From Planctomycetota bacterium (GTDB lineage: Bacteria > Planctomycetota > SZUA-567 > H5-PLA8): a stretch of DNA of 64,000 nt. This document shows, piece by piece, positions 11,842 through 20,890 of this stretch (position 1 is its first letter; every line of letters starts with the position of its first letter). Position numbers and translations under genes: made by a program. The notes below the pieces were generated by a model. The model was given only the letters and a program-made list of their open reading frames with translations. It was not told the DNA's origin and ran no database searches. The stretch covers positions 64,001-128,000 of the forward strand of contig JBBRPR010000006.1 of the NCBI GenBank assembly GCA_038227875.1. The letters run 5' to 3'.

Positions 11842-13101
11842 TCATTTCGAGACCGTCAGCATTTTTGAAATCATCGCGACGGCGGCGTGCACGTCCGGCG
11901 CGCTGAACCAGATCCAGGTGAAGGCAACACCGTGAAAAGTAAGCGCGATGGCCAGCGCTGTCGCGGCGGGATTTCCACGCGACCAGGTCAGCCAACCGGG
12001 AAAGCTTCGCTTCCCCGTGTCTGAGTACAATTTATGCGCGAAGACCCAGACGCCGTGCATCAGGCCCCAGATCAGAAAATTGAGCGCGAGGCCGTGCCAT
12101 AGCCCGCACAGCGCAAAGGCGATCAATGCAGCGGCACAGCCCGCGGCGAGACTTTTACCTTTGAAGATGCCGCGTGAGAAGTTCACGCCCAGCGGCAGGA
12201 AAACATAATCGCGCAACCATTCGGAAAGGCTGATATGCCAGCGTTTCCAGAAGTCGGTGATGTTGCGCGCCAGGTATGGCAGGTTGAAATTCTCCGGGAC
12301 GCGCACGCCCAGCAGCATCGCGACGGCAATGGCGACGTCGCTGTAGCCGGAGAAATCGAGATAGATGCGCGCGGCGTAAGCGTAGAACGCCAGCCAAGTC
12401 TGGCCGGTGGACATTGCATTGAGACGCGGCAGAAATTCCGCGCCGGGCGGCAGGCAGAGTTCGATCAGCGTATCGGCGAGGACCACTTTTTTGAAGAGGC
12501 CCAGCACGCCGCGCCAGAGTGCTTCATCCACCGTGTTGAAGTTGACGGGCCGCGACGTGGCGACGTCCTGCTGAAAGCGCGCGTAACGATCGATGGGTCC
12601 GCTGACGAACGTCGGGAAGAAAAATAAGTACGTGAGCACGCGAGGCAGCGCGACGGTACCGGATTTTCCTTTCGCAGCGTCAAACCAGAGCGCCAATGCG
12701 CGCAGCACGAAATAGCTGGTGCCGATCAACGCGGCGGGAGACACATTCGTGCCGATGCGGTGGATTTTCTGCGTCGACGCGGACCAGAATTGCGCGAAGA
12801 CTTCCGACCGCGCCGCGAAGAGCGTAGCCGTCATGGCCAGGACGCTGATCCAGAGCACCGCAGCTGAAAACCTTCGCGTCTCAAATAGTCGTGCGAGGGG
12901 AAAGACGGCGGCGAGCGCGACCACAAACAGCACCGCCAGCCATAAAGGATAAAATATCACTCCCGCAGCGAGGCTGGCGATGAGCAGGACGGCCTGCCGA
13001 CGGGATTCCGAAGCGGCGAAAGAAAGTATTGCCGCGAGCGCCACCACGCAGTAAAAAATAGGACTCAGTTGCTCGTTCAACGCGGAACCCAACTCTCGCA
13101 A
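11842..13101 (-). CDS. MBOAT family O-acyltransferase (DltB/AlgI/PatA type)
   Basis: SGPIDRY, GLFKKVVLAD, IYLDFSGYSD, PENFNLPY...FWKRWHISLSEWLRDYVFLP, catalytic GLWHG. Start codon uncertain. Confidence 0.95.
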   Translation of the reverse strand: MRELGSALNEQLSPIFYCVVALAAILSFAASESRRQAVLLIASLAAGVIFYPLWLAVLFVVALAAVFPLARLFETRRFSAAVLWISVLAMTATLFAARSEVFAQFWSASTQKIHRIGTNVSPAALIGTSYFVLRALALWFDAAKGKSGTVALPRVLTYLFFFPTFVSGPIDRYARFQQDVATSRPVNFNTVDEALWRGVLGLFKKVVLADTLIELCLPPGAEFLPRLNAMSTGQTWLAFYAYAARIYLDFSGYSDVAIAVAMLLGVRVPENFNLPYLARNITDFWKRWHISLSEWLRDYVFLPLGVNFSRGIFKGKSLAAGCAAALIAFALCGLWHGLALNFLIWGLMHGVWVFAHKLYSDTGKRSFPGWLTWSRGNPAATALAIALTFHGVAFTWIWFSAPDVHAAVAMISKMLTVSK

Positions 13102-13181
13102 AATTAGTCTTGGACGGTTTGAAGACCTTAGCAGCCCGCTGAAAAAGGTCTATTCCGCAAATTTCTTCCAGGGGCTCGCAG

Positions 13182-13892
13182 ATGGGTGTCGCGCTCGATC
13201 CTGCGTACAACTGGTCCGCGTGGCCGGAGAGCGGACTGCCCTCCGAGACGCCTGCTGCGATCGTAGAAATTCCGGAAGGGGACGTCGCACCGATCCAAGT
13301 CCCCTGCGCCACATCCCATTATGCCGCATGGCAACTCACGCCCGAACGGCAGCGCCACGAATGGAAACGCGCCCGTCGCGCGATCATTTCCACGCGCATC
13401 CGCCTGCTGGTCTGCGGACACGCGGTGTACTTCGCGGGCTGTGTGGCATTGAATTTCCTGAGCAGTGCTCACGTCTGCAGCAATTTCGCGTCGGCGGGGT
13501 GTTACTCGCTGCTGATGACCAGCGTCGTGATGCTGATCTGCGAGTGGCTGCACGTCCGATTTCAGCCACGCTTGCCGCCGCGCTTCGTGGTGCGGCCGCA
13601 CGGTGTGACGGAGTACGGCGACGAAGGGCCGCTCAACCATTGGGACTGGTCGCGGGTGCGGCAGCTGCGCCTCGTCGCCGACCGCGATCACCCGCAGTTC
13701 CGCAGCCTGGTGGTGGTGACTTCCGGTTGGCGCTGGCTGGAGAAATTCCACCGCATCCGCATCCCACTGCCTGATGCGGCGGGCGAGCACGAAGCCATTG
13801 GCGCGATCGGCGTGGCGCTGGCGGAGAATGGGTTTCAGTGGCGGGCGCAGGTGAATCGGAATGAGCTGCGGATCAGAAAAAATGTCGAGTGA
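13182..13892 (+). CDS. Hypothetical membrane protein (two hydrophobic segments, possible PH-like C-terminus)
   Basis: Long ORF with ATG start, two hydrophobic helices and a WDWSRVRQL motif. Confidence 0.55.
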   Translation: MGVALDPAYNWSAWPESGLPSETPAAIVEIPEGDVAPIQVPCATSHYAAWQLTPERQRHEWKRARRAIISTRIRLLVCGHAVYFAGCVALNFLSSAHVCSNFASAGCYSLLMTSVVMLICEWLHVRFQPRLPPRFVVRPHGVTEYGDEGPLNHWDWSRVRQLRLVADRDHPQFRSLVVVTSGWRWLEKFHRIRIPLPDAAGEHEAIGAIGVALAENGFQWRAQVNRNELRIRKNVE

Positions 13893-13928
13893 CGACTGTC
13901 GAATCACTCGGGCCGGGCCGACCTGCCA

Positions 13929-14765
13929 TCACGTTTCCGATTTGGATTTCCGCCACGTCTTCAACATAATACGGTCCACGACCGTTGGCGCGAGCCATTC
14001 GGCGAAGATGCCGGCTTTGCCGGCGGCGGTCAGGTAGCGGTTGCGCTTGGGGCGACGGACGGAATGTAACAGCACAGCGGCGACTTCCTCGGAGGTCATC
14101 CCGCCGCTCTGCGAAATGAATTGCGAGGGACGCTTGCCGTGCGCGGCGCCGACGAATTCCGTCTGCGTCACGCCGGGATTGACGACCGAGACGGAAATGC
14201 GTTCGTCGCGCAATTCCACGCGCAGCGATTCGCTTAAACCTTCCAGCGCAAATTTGCTCGCGCAGTACGCGCCCATTGCCGGCACGGCGCGACGGCCGAC
14301 GAACGAGCTGACCATGATCACAGCCGCGCCCCAGCGCTTGCGGGAATTGGATTCCGAGGCGATGCGCAGCAGCGGCAGCGCGGCTTGCGTGCAACGGATC
14401 ACGCCGAAGTAATTGGTCTCCATCACGGAACGAAAAGTATCGAGCGGCATGCGTTCGACGCTGCCATAGGCGCCAAAGCCAGCGTTGTTGACGAGCACAT
14501 CGAGTCGGCCGAACTTATCGCGCACGCGGCCAAATGCAGCGGCGACTGACGCGTCGAACGTGACGTCACAGACAATCGGTTCCATGCGCGCCTGCGGAAA
14601 CCGCGCGCGTGCTTCGTTGGCGATCGCATCCAGTTTCTCCAGGCGGCGTGCGCAGAGCACCACGTCGTATCCGGCTGCGGCGAAGGTGTACACGGCAGCC
14701 GCGCCGATGCCCGATGACGCGCCAGTGATCAGCACGACGGGTCGGTTCTCAACAGATGCAGGCAC
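13929..14765 (-). CDS. Short-chain dehydrogenase/reductase
   Basis: TGASSGIG, NNAG, YCASK. Confidence 0.95.
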   Translation of the reverse strand: MPASVENRPVVLITGASSGIGAAAVYTFAAAGYDVVLCARRLEKLDAIANEARARFPQARMEPIVCDVTFDASVAAAFGRVRDKFGRLDVLVNNAGFGAYGSVERMPLDTFRSVMETNYFGVIRCTQAALPLLRIASESNSRKRWGAAVIMVSSFVGRRAVPAMGAYCASKFALEGLSESLRVELRDERISVSVVNPGVTQTEFVGAAHGKRPSQFISQSGGMTSEEVAAVLLHSVRRPKRNRYLTAAGKAGIFAEWLAPTVVDRIMLKTWRKSKSET

Positions 14766-14794
14766 GGCGGCTCCTTCTTGCGATCACCTTAAGT

Positions 14795-16267
14795 TCAGAT
14801 GGAGACATCGTCGTTGGTTGGCACGCCTTGGGAGGTCTCCTTGGCCATTCCTCCCGCAGGTGCGCTCGGCGGAAATTCGACGCGCGGCATCATCGACGTT
14901 TTTCCCGCCAGCGGCGGTGCGACGGTGACTCGGTTGCGGCCGTCGTTTTTCGAATGGAAGAGCGCGGAGTCGGCGGCAGCGACGATCGATTCCGGTGTGA
15001 CCAGATGTCCCGCCGAGCAGGCTCCGCCCGCGGAGAGCGTGATACGCATGCCTTCCGGCAGACCAGGCATGCCCTTGAAGCGGTAGTCGCCGACGGATTC
15101 GCGCAGCTTTTCGGCCACGGATTTGACTTCGGCAAGCCCGGATTCGGGCAAAATCACAGCGAATTCCTCGCCGCCGATGCGCGCAGCGAGATCGGTTTCA
15201 CGCACGTTGGCTTCGATCGTTTTGGCGACGAACTTCAGCACTTCATCGCCCGCCGGATGGCCGAAGCTGTCGTTTACGGATTTGAAATGGTCCAGGTCCA
15301 GAATGATCACGCCGAACGGATGGCCGTAGCGCCGCGAACGCGCGGCTTCGGCGCTGAGCCGTTCGTCGAAGGCGCGGCGGTTGGGCAGCCCGGTCAGCGG
15401 GTCGCGGCGCGCGAGCGCTTCGATCTCCTTGAAGGCGCGATTCAGCCGGTCGATTGTGGCGTTGAACATGCGTACGACCTGGCCGACTTCGTCCTTCGAG
15501 TGCACGGGCACGCGGTATTCCAGATCTCCGGCGGCCACGGCCATGAATCCCAGGCGCAGCTGGCGCAGCGGATTCAGGATATAGGTGAGGAGAATGACCA
15601 GCCCCATCACCATCGCGAAGCCAACGATGAGCGTGACGTAGACCATCTGCGCGATGACGCGCGGCCGGTCTTCCTTGATCATGCGATCGAAATTCACGCC
15701 GATGCGCAGATGCTTGCAGGTGTGCAGTTCTTCATCGGTGGCCTTGTTGGGCGATGCCAGCAGCGCGACAAAAACGTCCACGCCGGGGCTGCCTTCGTCC
15801 CACGGCACGTCGACGGCGGTGCGATCTTCGGCGTTCAAAAGCGAGAGCCAGTTGGGCCGCAGTTGCCGGGGCGGATGGTCGCCCAGGGACATGTCGCTGC
15901 TCACGTCAACGGTGCCGTCCCGATTGACGATCTGGACGTAGCTGATTTCGCCACCGGCGGTGATCACGTCGAAATAGTTCTGCAGACTCTTGATTTCGCC
16001 CTTGGCCAGCGCCAGCGGGACGAGCGGGGCGACGGCCGAGGCGACGCCGTGTCCGCGGTCGATGGCATTACGGCGGATTTCACGCAGGGTTTCGCGGAGC
16101 TGTTCGGCGGTGATCCCCGCCATGGCAACGAGCACCAGCATGCCGAGGATTAGTCCGTGTTTGACGCCCAGGCGGTGAAAGAACGGAACTGCCCGCGTGT
16201 ATTCAAGGGGCAGTACCTTCTGATTCACCGATGCTGTTCCCGGTGCTGGCGGCGGTTGCTGATCCAA
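14795..16267 (-). CDS. Membrane diguanylate cyclase (sensor-HAMP-GGDEF)
   Basis: Two TM helices, HAMP (DEVGQVVRMFN), DPLTGLPNRR, DLDHFKSVND, RETD I-site and GGEEF. Confidence 0.95.
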   Translation of the reverse strand: MDQQPPPAPGTASVNQKVLPLEYTRAVPFFHRLGVKHGLILGMLVLVAMAGITAEQLRETLREIRRNAIDRGHGVASAVAPLVPLALAKGEIKSLQNYFDVITAGGEISYVQIVNRDGTVDVSSDMSLGDHPPRQLRPNWLSLLNAEDRTAVDVPWDEGSPGVDVFVALLASPNKATDEELHTCKHLRIGVNFDRMIKEDRPRVIAQMVYVTLIVGFAMVMGLVILLTYILNPLRQLRLGFMAVAAGDLEYRVPVHSKDEVGQVVRMFNATIDRLNRAFKEIEALARRDPLTGLPNRRAFDERLSAEAARSRRYGHPFGVIILDLDHFKSVNDSFGHPAGDEVLKFVAKTIEANVRETDLAARIGGEEFAVILPESGLAEVKSVAEKLRESVGDYRFKGMPGLPEGMRITLSAGGACSAGHLVTPESIVAAADSALFHSKNDGRNRVTVAPPLAGKTSMMPRVEFPPSAPAGGMAKETSQGVPTNDDVSI

Positions 16268-16355
16268 GCAATGTTCCCCGACTTCTCTTCCTTTACGACG
16301 TTTAAAGCCGTGACATCAGGCGCTAAATTTTGAATTTTACCGTATTTTTAATGCC

Positions 16356-18803
16356 TCACTTGATCCCCGGCCTCAGCCATTCCTTGCGGTTGAGCTTTAC
16401 AGCGAACTCCGATTTATGCGCCGGAAGCTGAATAGTCAGCTTCCCGTCTTTGGCCGCTACGTCAGCTTCGGAGAACTTCGCGCCATCCACGGTGTCCCAG
16501 AATTCAACGTGGTAGTCGCCATCCACGACGCCGGTGAGTTCCAGCGGCAAGGCGGCGGCAGTGAGCGGCGCTTCGCCGCGCGAATCGGGGGACTTGGTCC
16601 AATCGGGGCGGTGAACAAGCAGCCGCGCGCCCTGCGCGTCCATCACGCCGGTGACGGCCAGGCCGTCGGGAAACGCCTTCTGCACCCATTCGCCGTAGCG
16701 TTCGCGCCGGTCTTCTCCCACGAGAAAATGGGAGGCCGCGGTGAACACGGGATAGAGGTGGCGCGTTTCGATATACGTGTCCCACCACCACGGCAGCGCG
16801 GTGCCGCAACTTCCGGAGCACGCCGTCAGCCACAGTCCGGCGCGGAGGCGTGCGCCGTCCTTATCGGGCAGATCATCGGTGGCGCGCCAGCCGCCGCCGA
16901 ATTCCGAGAGCAGCACAGGCTTTTTGATCACACTGAACGGAGCGAACGATTTGTAGACGACGCTGGCGACATCGGGACCGTAGGAATGGATCGAGACGAA
17001 ATCGATGTGGCTGTCCTGCCACAGATCCGGCCGGAATCCGGCCCAGTTGACCGAGTTGGTGATGAGATGGTGGTGCGTATCGACGGCGGCGAGGTACGAC
17101 GACATTTCGCGCGACCAGTTGACGACGTCTTCTTCGGAATCATACGCGGCGATGTTGATCTCGTTGATCAATTCCCAGGAGAGAATCGCCGGCGACGCGC
17201 CCCAACGCGCGCTGGCGTAGGCCAGCAGCCTCTTGAATTGGTTCTTTGCGGCGCGGTCGGCGAAGAAATCCTGCGGACGCGCGCACGGACCGCCATTGGC
17301 GAGGTTGTAGGCGGAATCGCCCCAGAAATCCTTGGTCATGCCGTGAAAGGTGAAGCAGAAAATGATGCGCACGCCGGTGGCTTCGGCTTTTTCGATCAGC
17401 GCGTCGAGCCGGCGAGCTTCCTCAAGATCATAAGAACCGGCGTCGGATTTCAGCTCAAGATTCAAGCCCCAGGGGCAGAGCCAGATGCGACAGGTGTTCC
17501 CGCCATACGCCTTGATTTTGTCGAGGTACGGCGCCCAGTCCTGAGTCCAGCAGACGTTCTGCCCGAAAATGTAGAAGGGGGCGTTGTCGCTGAGTTCCAA
17601 CTGCTTGGGATCGCGCAACGAGACGCGGACGTTGCCGCCCTTGCGCCCCGGCTGGGTGACGGCCTCCGGCGCGACGATCATCGACTGCTCGACGCTGCGG
17701 ATTTCTCCGGAGGAATTCCGCACGTAGAACGTAGCGGTGTAGCGGCCGATTTCCTGCGGCGTGAAGCGGAGCATCCAGACGGGGATGATCGTTTTTTCGT
17801 CTGGCGGCGTTTTCGATTTCGGATCGGCGGTTTCTTCCTTGAACGGACCCCACGGCGGTACCGGCGCGCGGCCGGCAGCGAGCTTCGCGCTTTCGCGACG
17901 CGACAGGGCGCCGGCGAAAAACCCGCGGACGTCCAGCGCCTTGCCCGACGGCGTGGTGACGCTCATGCCACAGGCGATGTCGGTGCGATCAAAGATATCC
18001 TTGTAGCTGGCGTGAAAGAGCAGCGGAATCTGGACGCCTTCGTAGAGCGACGCGGTCGGCGGAAGAACGGGAGCGACGTCGAATTCCGGCCTCCATTCAC
18101 GGTAGACCTTCGCGGCGCTGCCGGGCCGGCCGATGGTCTCGCCCTCAATGCGCAGATTGTCGAGGACGAAGCTGCCTTCCTTTTCATCGGCGGTGAAGAT
18201 CAGCAGCATCAGCCTTGCGACAGACTTCAGATTCACGGGCAGGCCGTCGTATTGCCATTTCGATTTTTCGTTTTTCCACGTCGCGCTGTCGAGCGGAAAG
18301 CGGACGTCGCGGTTGAGTCCTTCCTTGAGCGTGATCGGCGACGATTCCTGGAAGATGCCGCCGGGTTCGCTGCGCAGGGCCAGCGCGATCTGCAGTTTCG
18401 GCGCGGGTGACGTGACGTCGAGCAACAGCGCGGACGCCTGCGAGAGATCCAATTCCAGATCGCGGCGCAGATGGATCTTGCCCTTCTTGCCTTTGCCACG
18501 GAGCGTGACTTTCAGCGCGCGTTTGCCTTGCGTGGCGCCGTCTTCGACGTACTGCCCGATCGCTTCGTCGTCGGCCGAGTCGAAGGCCCAGATGGATGTG
18601 TCCGGTCCCTCAAAGCCATCGAACAGATCAGCGCCGACGACGGGCAGTTCGCTTTTGGGCAATACCTTTTCCGGCGGCTTGTTGTCCGGGAGCGGTGGCG
18701 GCTTGTCGTCGAGCGCAAATGCCGACCCCACGCAACTGAACGCCAACGTCGCAAGCATCAAGATATATAAGGAGGAAGTGCGTCGATGATTTTCCACACA
18801 CAC
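16356..18803 (-). CDS. Secreted GH5-like (clan GH-A) glycoside hydrolase with CBM-like and DUF5060-like domains
   Basis: Signal peptide; WMLRFTP (DUF5060-like); WELINE acid/base; IHSY; LLSEFG nucleophile; PWWWD. Confidence 0.75.
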   Translation of the reverse strand: MCVENHRRTSSLYILMLATLAFSCVGSAFALDDKPPPLPDNKPPEKVLPKSELPVVGADLFDGFEGPDTSIWAFDSADDEAIGQYVEDGATQGKRALKVTLRGKGKKGKIHLRRDLELDLSQASALLLDVTSPAPKLQIALALRSEPGGIFQESSPITLKEGLNRDVRFPLDSATWKNEKSKWQYDGLPVNLKSVARLMLLIFTADEKEGSFVLDNLRIEGETIGRPGSAAKVYREWRPEFDVAPVLPPTASLYEGVQIPLLFHASYKDIFDRTDIACGMSVTTPSGKALDVRGFFAGALSRRESAKLAAGRAPVPPWGPFKEETADPKSKTPPDEKTIIPVWMLRFTPQEIGRYTATFYVRNSSGEIRSVEQSMIVAPEAVTQPGRKGGNVRVSLRDPKQLELSDNAPFYIFGQNVCWTQDWAPYLDKIKAYGGNTCRIWLCPWGLNLELKSDAGSYDLEEARRLDALIEKAEATGVRIIFCFTFHGMTKDFWGDSAYNLANGGPCARPQDFFADRAAKNQFKRLLAYASARWGASPAILSWELINEINIAAYDSEEDVVNWSREMSSYLAAVDTHHHLITNSVNWAGFRPDLWQDSHIDFVSIHSYGPDVASVVYKSFAPFSVIKKPVLLSEFGGGWRATDDLPDKDGARLRAGLWLTACSGSCGTALPWWWDTYIETRHLYPVFTAASHFLVGEDRRERYGEWVQKAFPDGLAVTGVMDAQGARLLVHRPDWTKSPDSRGEAPLTAAALPLELTGVVDGDYHVEFWDTVDGAKFSEADVAAKDGKLTIQLPAHKSEFAVKLNRKEWLRPGIK

Positions 18804-18983
18804 ATACTAAGGAACTTCACTGGGAAGCTCAAGCGCGTGTCTGGACAGGCGCCCGGGCGCAAATTTGCGCCAACCCCATCGGTAGAAACACTCTTTTAGA
18901 CCACCCCAATAGGTAGGTTTGAAAGCAAAAGCGACTGTGGCCAACTGGCCACAGTCGTACTTTGAGCACCAATTGCGTCCATT

Positions 18984-19796
18984 TTATCCTGGCTGCAGTT
19001 CCGCGCGGCGGCGGCCTTTGCCTCGACTATTGGGGGCTTCAAGCAAGCGGCGCTGGCGTTCGGTCAGCTCCTCCAGATTCTGCGTGGATTCGTCGAGGTA
19101 ACTCTCACCGAATGCGCTGCAGAAGTTGTGGTATTTGAAGAAGACCGTGCGGCGCTCGTGGTTGCCCTTCCACGGCAGTGTGCCGTGCGAGAGCGCTTCA
19201 GTGAAGAACACCGCGGTGCCCGCCTTGCCGGTGACGGCTTTGGCGACGGGACTGCCTTTGCGCAGGTCCTGCCAGTCGTAAGGCAGTCGGAAGTTGGCCT
19301 TGTGGCTTCCGGGAACGACACCGAGTCCGCCGTCGCCTTCGTCAACATCCGTCAAGTTGTACGCGACCACGACCAGGCCGTTGTAGAGCTGGCCTTCGCT
19401 GACGCGATAAAACTGGCCGGGATCGTAAGGCGTGCCGCCGCCGTGAAGCGTAAACGCGCCGGCGTCTTTGGCATTGGGACGGATCACGGTGATGTAGGTG
19501 TGATCGAGACGGTAGAACGGTCCGCGGTCGGGCTTGGCCCACGGCATCGGACCAAACAGCGCATCGAGGTACGGCAGCACGGGCGCGTTGTCGATCAGTT
19601 TCAACATCGGCCCGCGCCAACTGAGCAGATCGCCGAAGCCAAAATTCAAGCCACGCGGATCGCTGTGCGATTCGATGCGCTGGTCGATCATCTCGTTGAT
19701 CGCCGCAATCTGACCGGGTGTCAGCGCGTTGGGCACCGTGAGGTAGCCGTTGAGGTCGAAGAAGTAGCGTTCGTTGTCGGTCATGCGTTTCTCCAT
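18984..19796 (-). CDS. Phytanoyl-CoA dioxygenase (PhyH)-like Fe(II)/2OG enzyme
   Basis: FDLNGYLTVPNAL, GGLGVVPGSH, KAGTAVFF, LSHGTLPW...ERR. Confidence 0.88.
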   Translation of the reverse strand: MEKRMTDNERYFFDLNGYLTVPNALTPGQIAAINEMIDQRIESHSDPRGLNFGFGDLLSWRGPMLKLIDNAPVLPYLDALFGPMPWAKPDRGPFYRLDHTYITVIRPNAKDAGAFTLHGGGTPYDPGQFYRVSEGQLYNGLVVVAYNLTDVDEGDGGLGVVPGSHKANFRLPYDWQDLRKGSPVAKAVTGKAGTAVFFTEALSHGTLPWKGNHERRTVFFKYHNFCSAFGESYLDESTQNLEELTERQRRLLEAPNSRGKGRRRAELQPG

Positions 19797-19913
19797 GAAC
19801 TATTTGACACTGCAATTCCGGCTCGTGTAGGCAGTATGCTTCATGGCTGCGCGGAATGAAATGGACCGAATGCTCAATAACATGTACGATTTGAGACGCA
19901 TTCAGGAGGCTGT

Positions 19914-20816
19914 ATGGCCGCTCGATTTTCGTTTCAGAACGCGCTGTTTGACCGCAACGCGTCGCGTTATCTGCGCATCGACGACACGCTGCGCACGCTG
20001 GTGATTGGCGGTAAATGCCACGGGCGACGGCCGGACCAGCACCGCAACAAGGCCTACAATTATCTGGCGATCAACTTTGTGCTCCGCGGTCGCGGAGTTT
20101 ACACGACGGCAGATGGGCGGGAATTCGAGTTGGCGCCCGGAACACTTTTTCACCGGCTGTCCGGAGTGAAGCACAGCACGTGGTTTGATCCGGATAGCGA
20201 CTACGCGGAACTCTTCATCGTCTACGATACCAAAACCGGCGACCAGTTGATGAAACTCGGCGTGATCTCCGAAGAACCCGTCGAGAACGTCGGCGTTGAT
20301 CCGGTGGTGATGGAGGAATTCAAAGAGCTGTTCAAGCGCGCGCGGTTGCCGGAGAGCCATTTTCCCACGCGCAACGCATTGATCGAGTCGATCGCGTTCA
20401 TCAACCGGCTCTACGATCGTGCACGGAGCAATCGCATCGTCGATTTCTGGACGAAAACCATCGAGGACGCGTGCGCGCTGCTCGAACACAATCTCGACGA
20501 GTCGATGCGCGGGCAGAAGGTCGCGGAGGAACTGGGCGTCAGCTATGCGGCCCTGCGCAAGCACTTCAAGCAGGCGACGGGCTACGCGCCGACGGATTAC
20601 CGCATCCGCCGCAGGCTGGAAGCGACACAGCACGCCTTGATGAACATGTCGGTGAAAGCGACGGCGCGCGAGTACGGCTACTGCGATTCGTTCGCGTTCT
20701 CGCGGCAATTCAAAGACTACGTCGGCATCTCGCCACGGGAATTTCAGCGGCGCATGCAGCAGTCGCTGATCTTGACGCCGCTCACACCGCTGACCAAATC
20801 ACGGCGGAGCGGATGA
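19914..20816 (+). CDS. AraC family transcriptional regulator
   Basis: Cupin-like N-terminus and C-terminal double HTH (LGVSYAALRKHFK...GYCDSFAFSRQFK..VGISPREF). GGAGG RBS. Confidence 0.93.
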   Translation: MAARFSFQNALFDRNASRYLRIDDTLRTLVIGGKCHGRRPDQHRNKAYNYLAINFVLRGRGVYTTADGREFELAPGTLFHRLSGVKHSTWFDPDSDYAELFIVYDTKTGDQLMKLGVISEEPVENVGVDPVVMEEFKELFKRARLPESHFPTRNALIESIAFINRLYDRARSNRIVDFWTKTIEDACALLEHNLDESMRGQKVAEELGVSYAALRKHFKQATGYAPTDYRIRRRLEATQHALMNMSVKATAREYGYCDSFAFSRQFKDYVGISPREFQRRMQQSLILTPLTPLTKSRRSG

Positions 20817-20890
20817 TGTAATCCCGCTGCGCAGGATCAGGGGCTTTGATACACTTCCCCTTTCGCCCCGATCGTACTAAAAGGAAGACC

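Noticed and set aside
11839..11844. TGA TGA after the MBOAT as selenocysteine or programmed readthrough
   Set aside because: Two consecutive stops in a non-catalytic linker, and the downstream ORF has its own GGAG and ATG. Separate translation is simpler.
16416..18410. Long antisense ORFs (e.g. 16416-18410, 3645-5171, 26774-28405, 30092-31933, 41358-43064, 44468-46234)
   Set aside because: They are shadows of real genes, as expected in high-GC DNA with biased codon usage, and carry no motifs.
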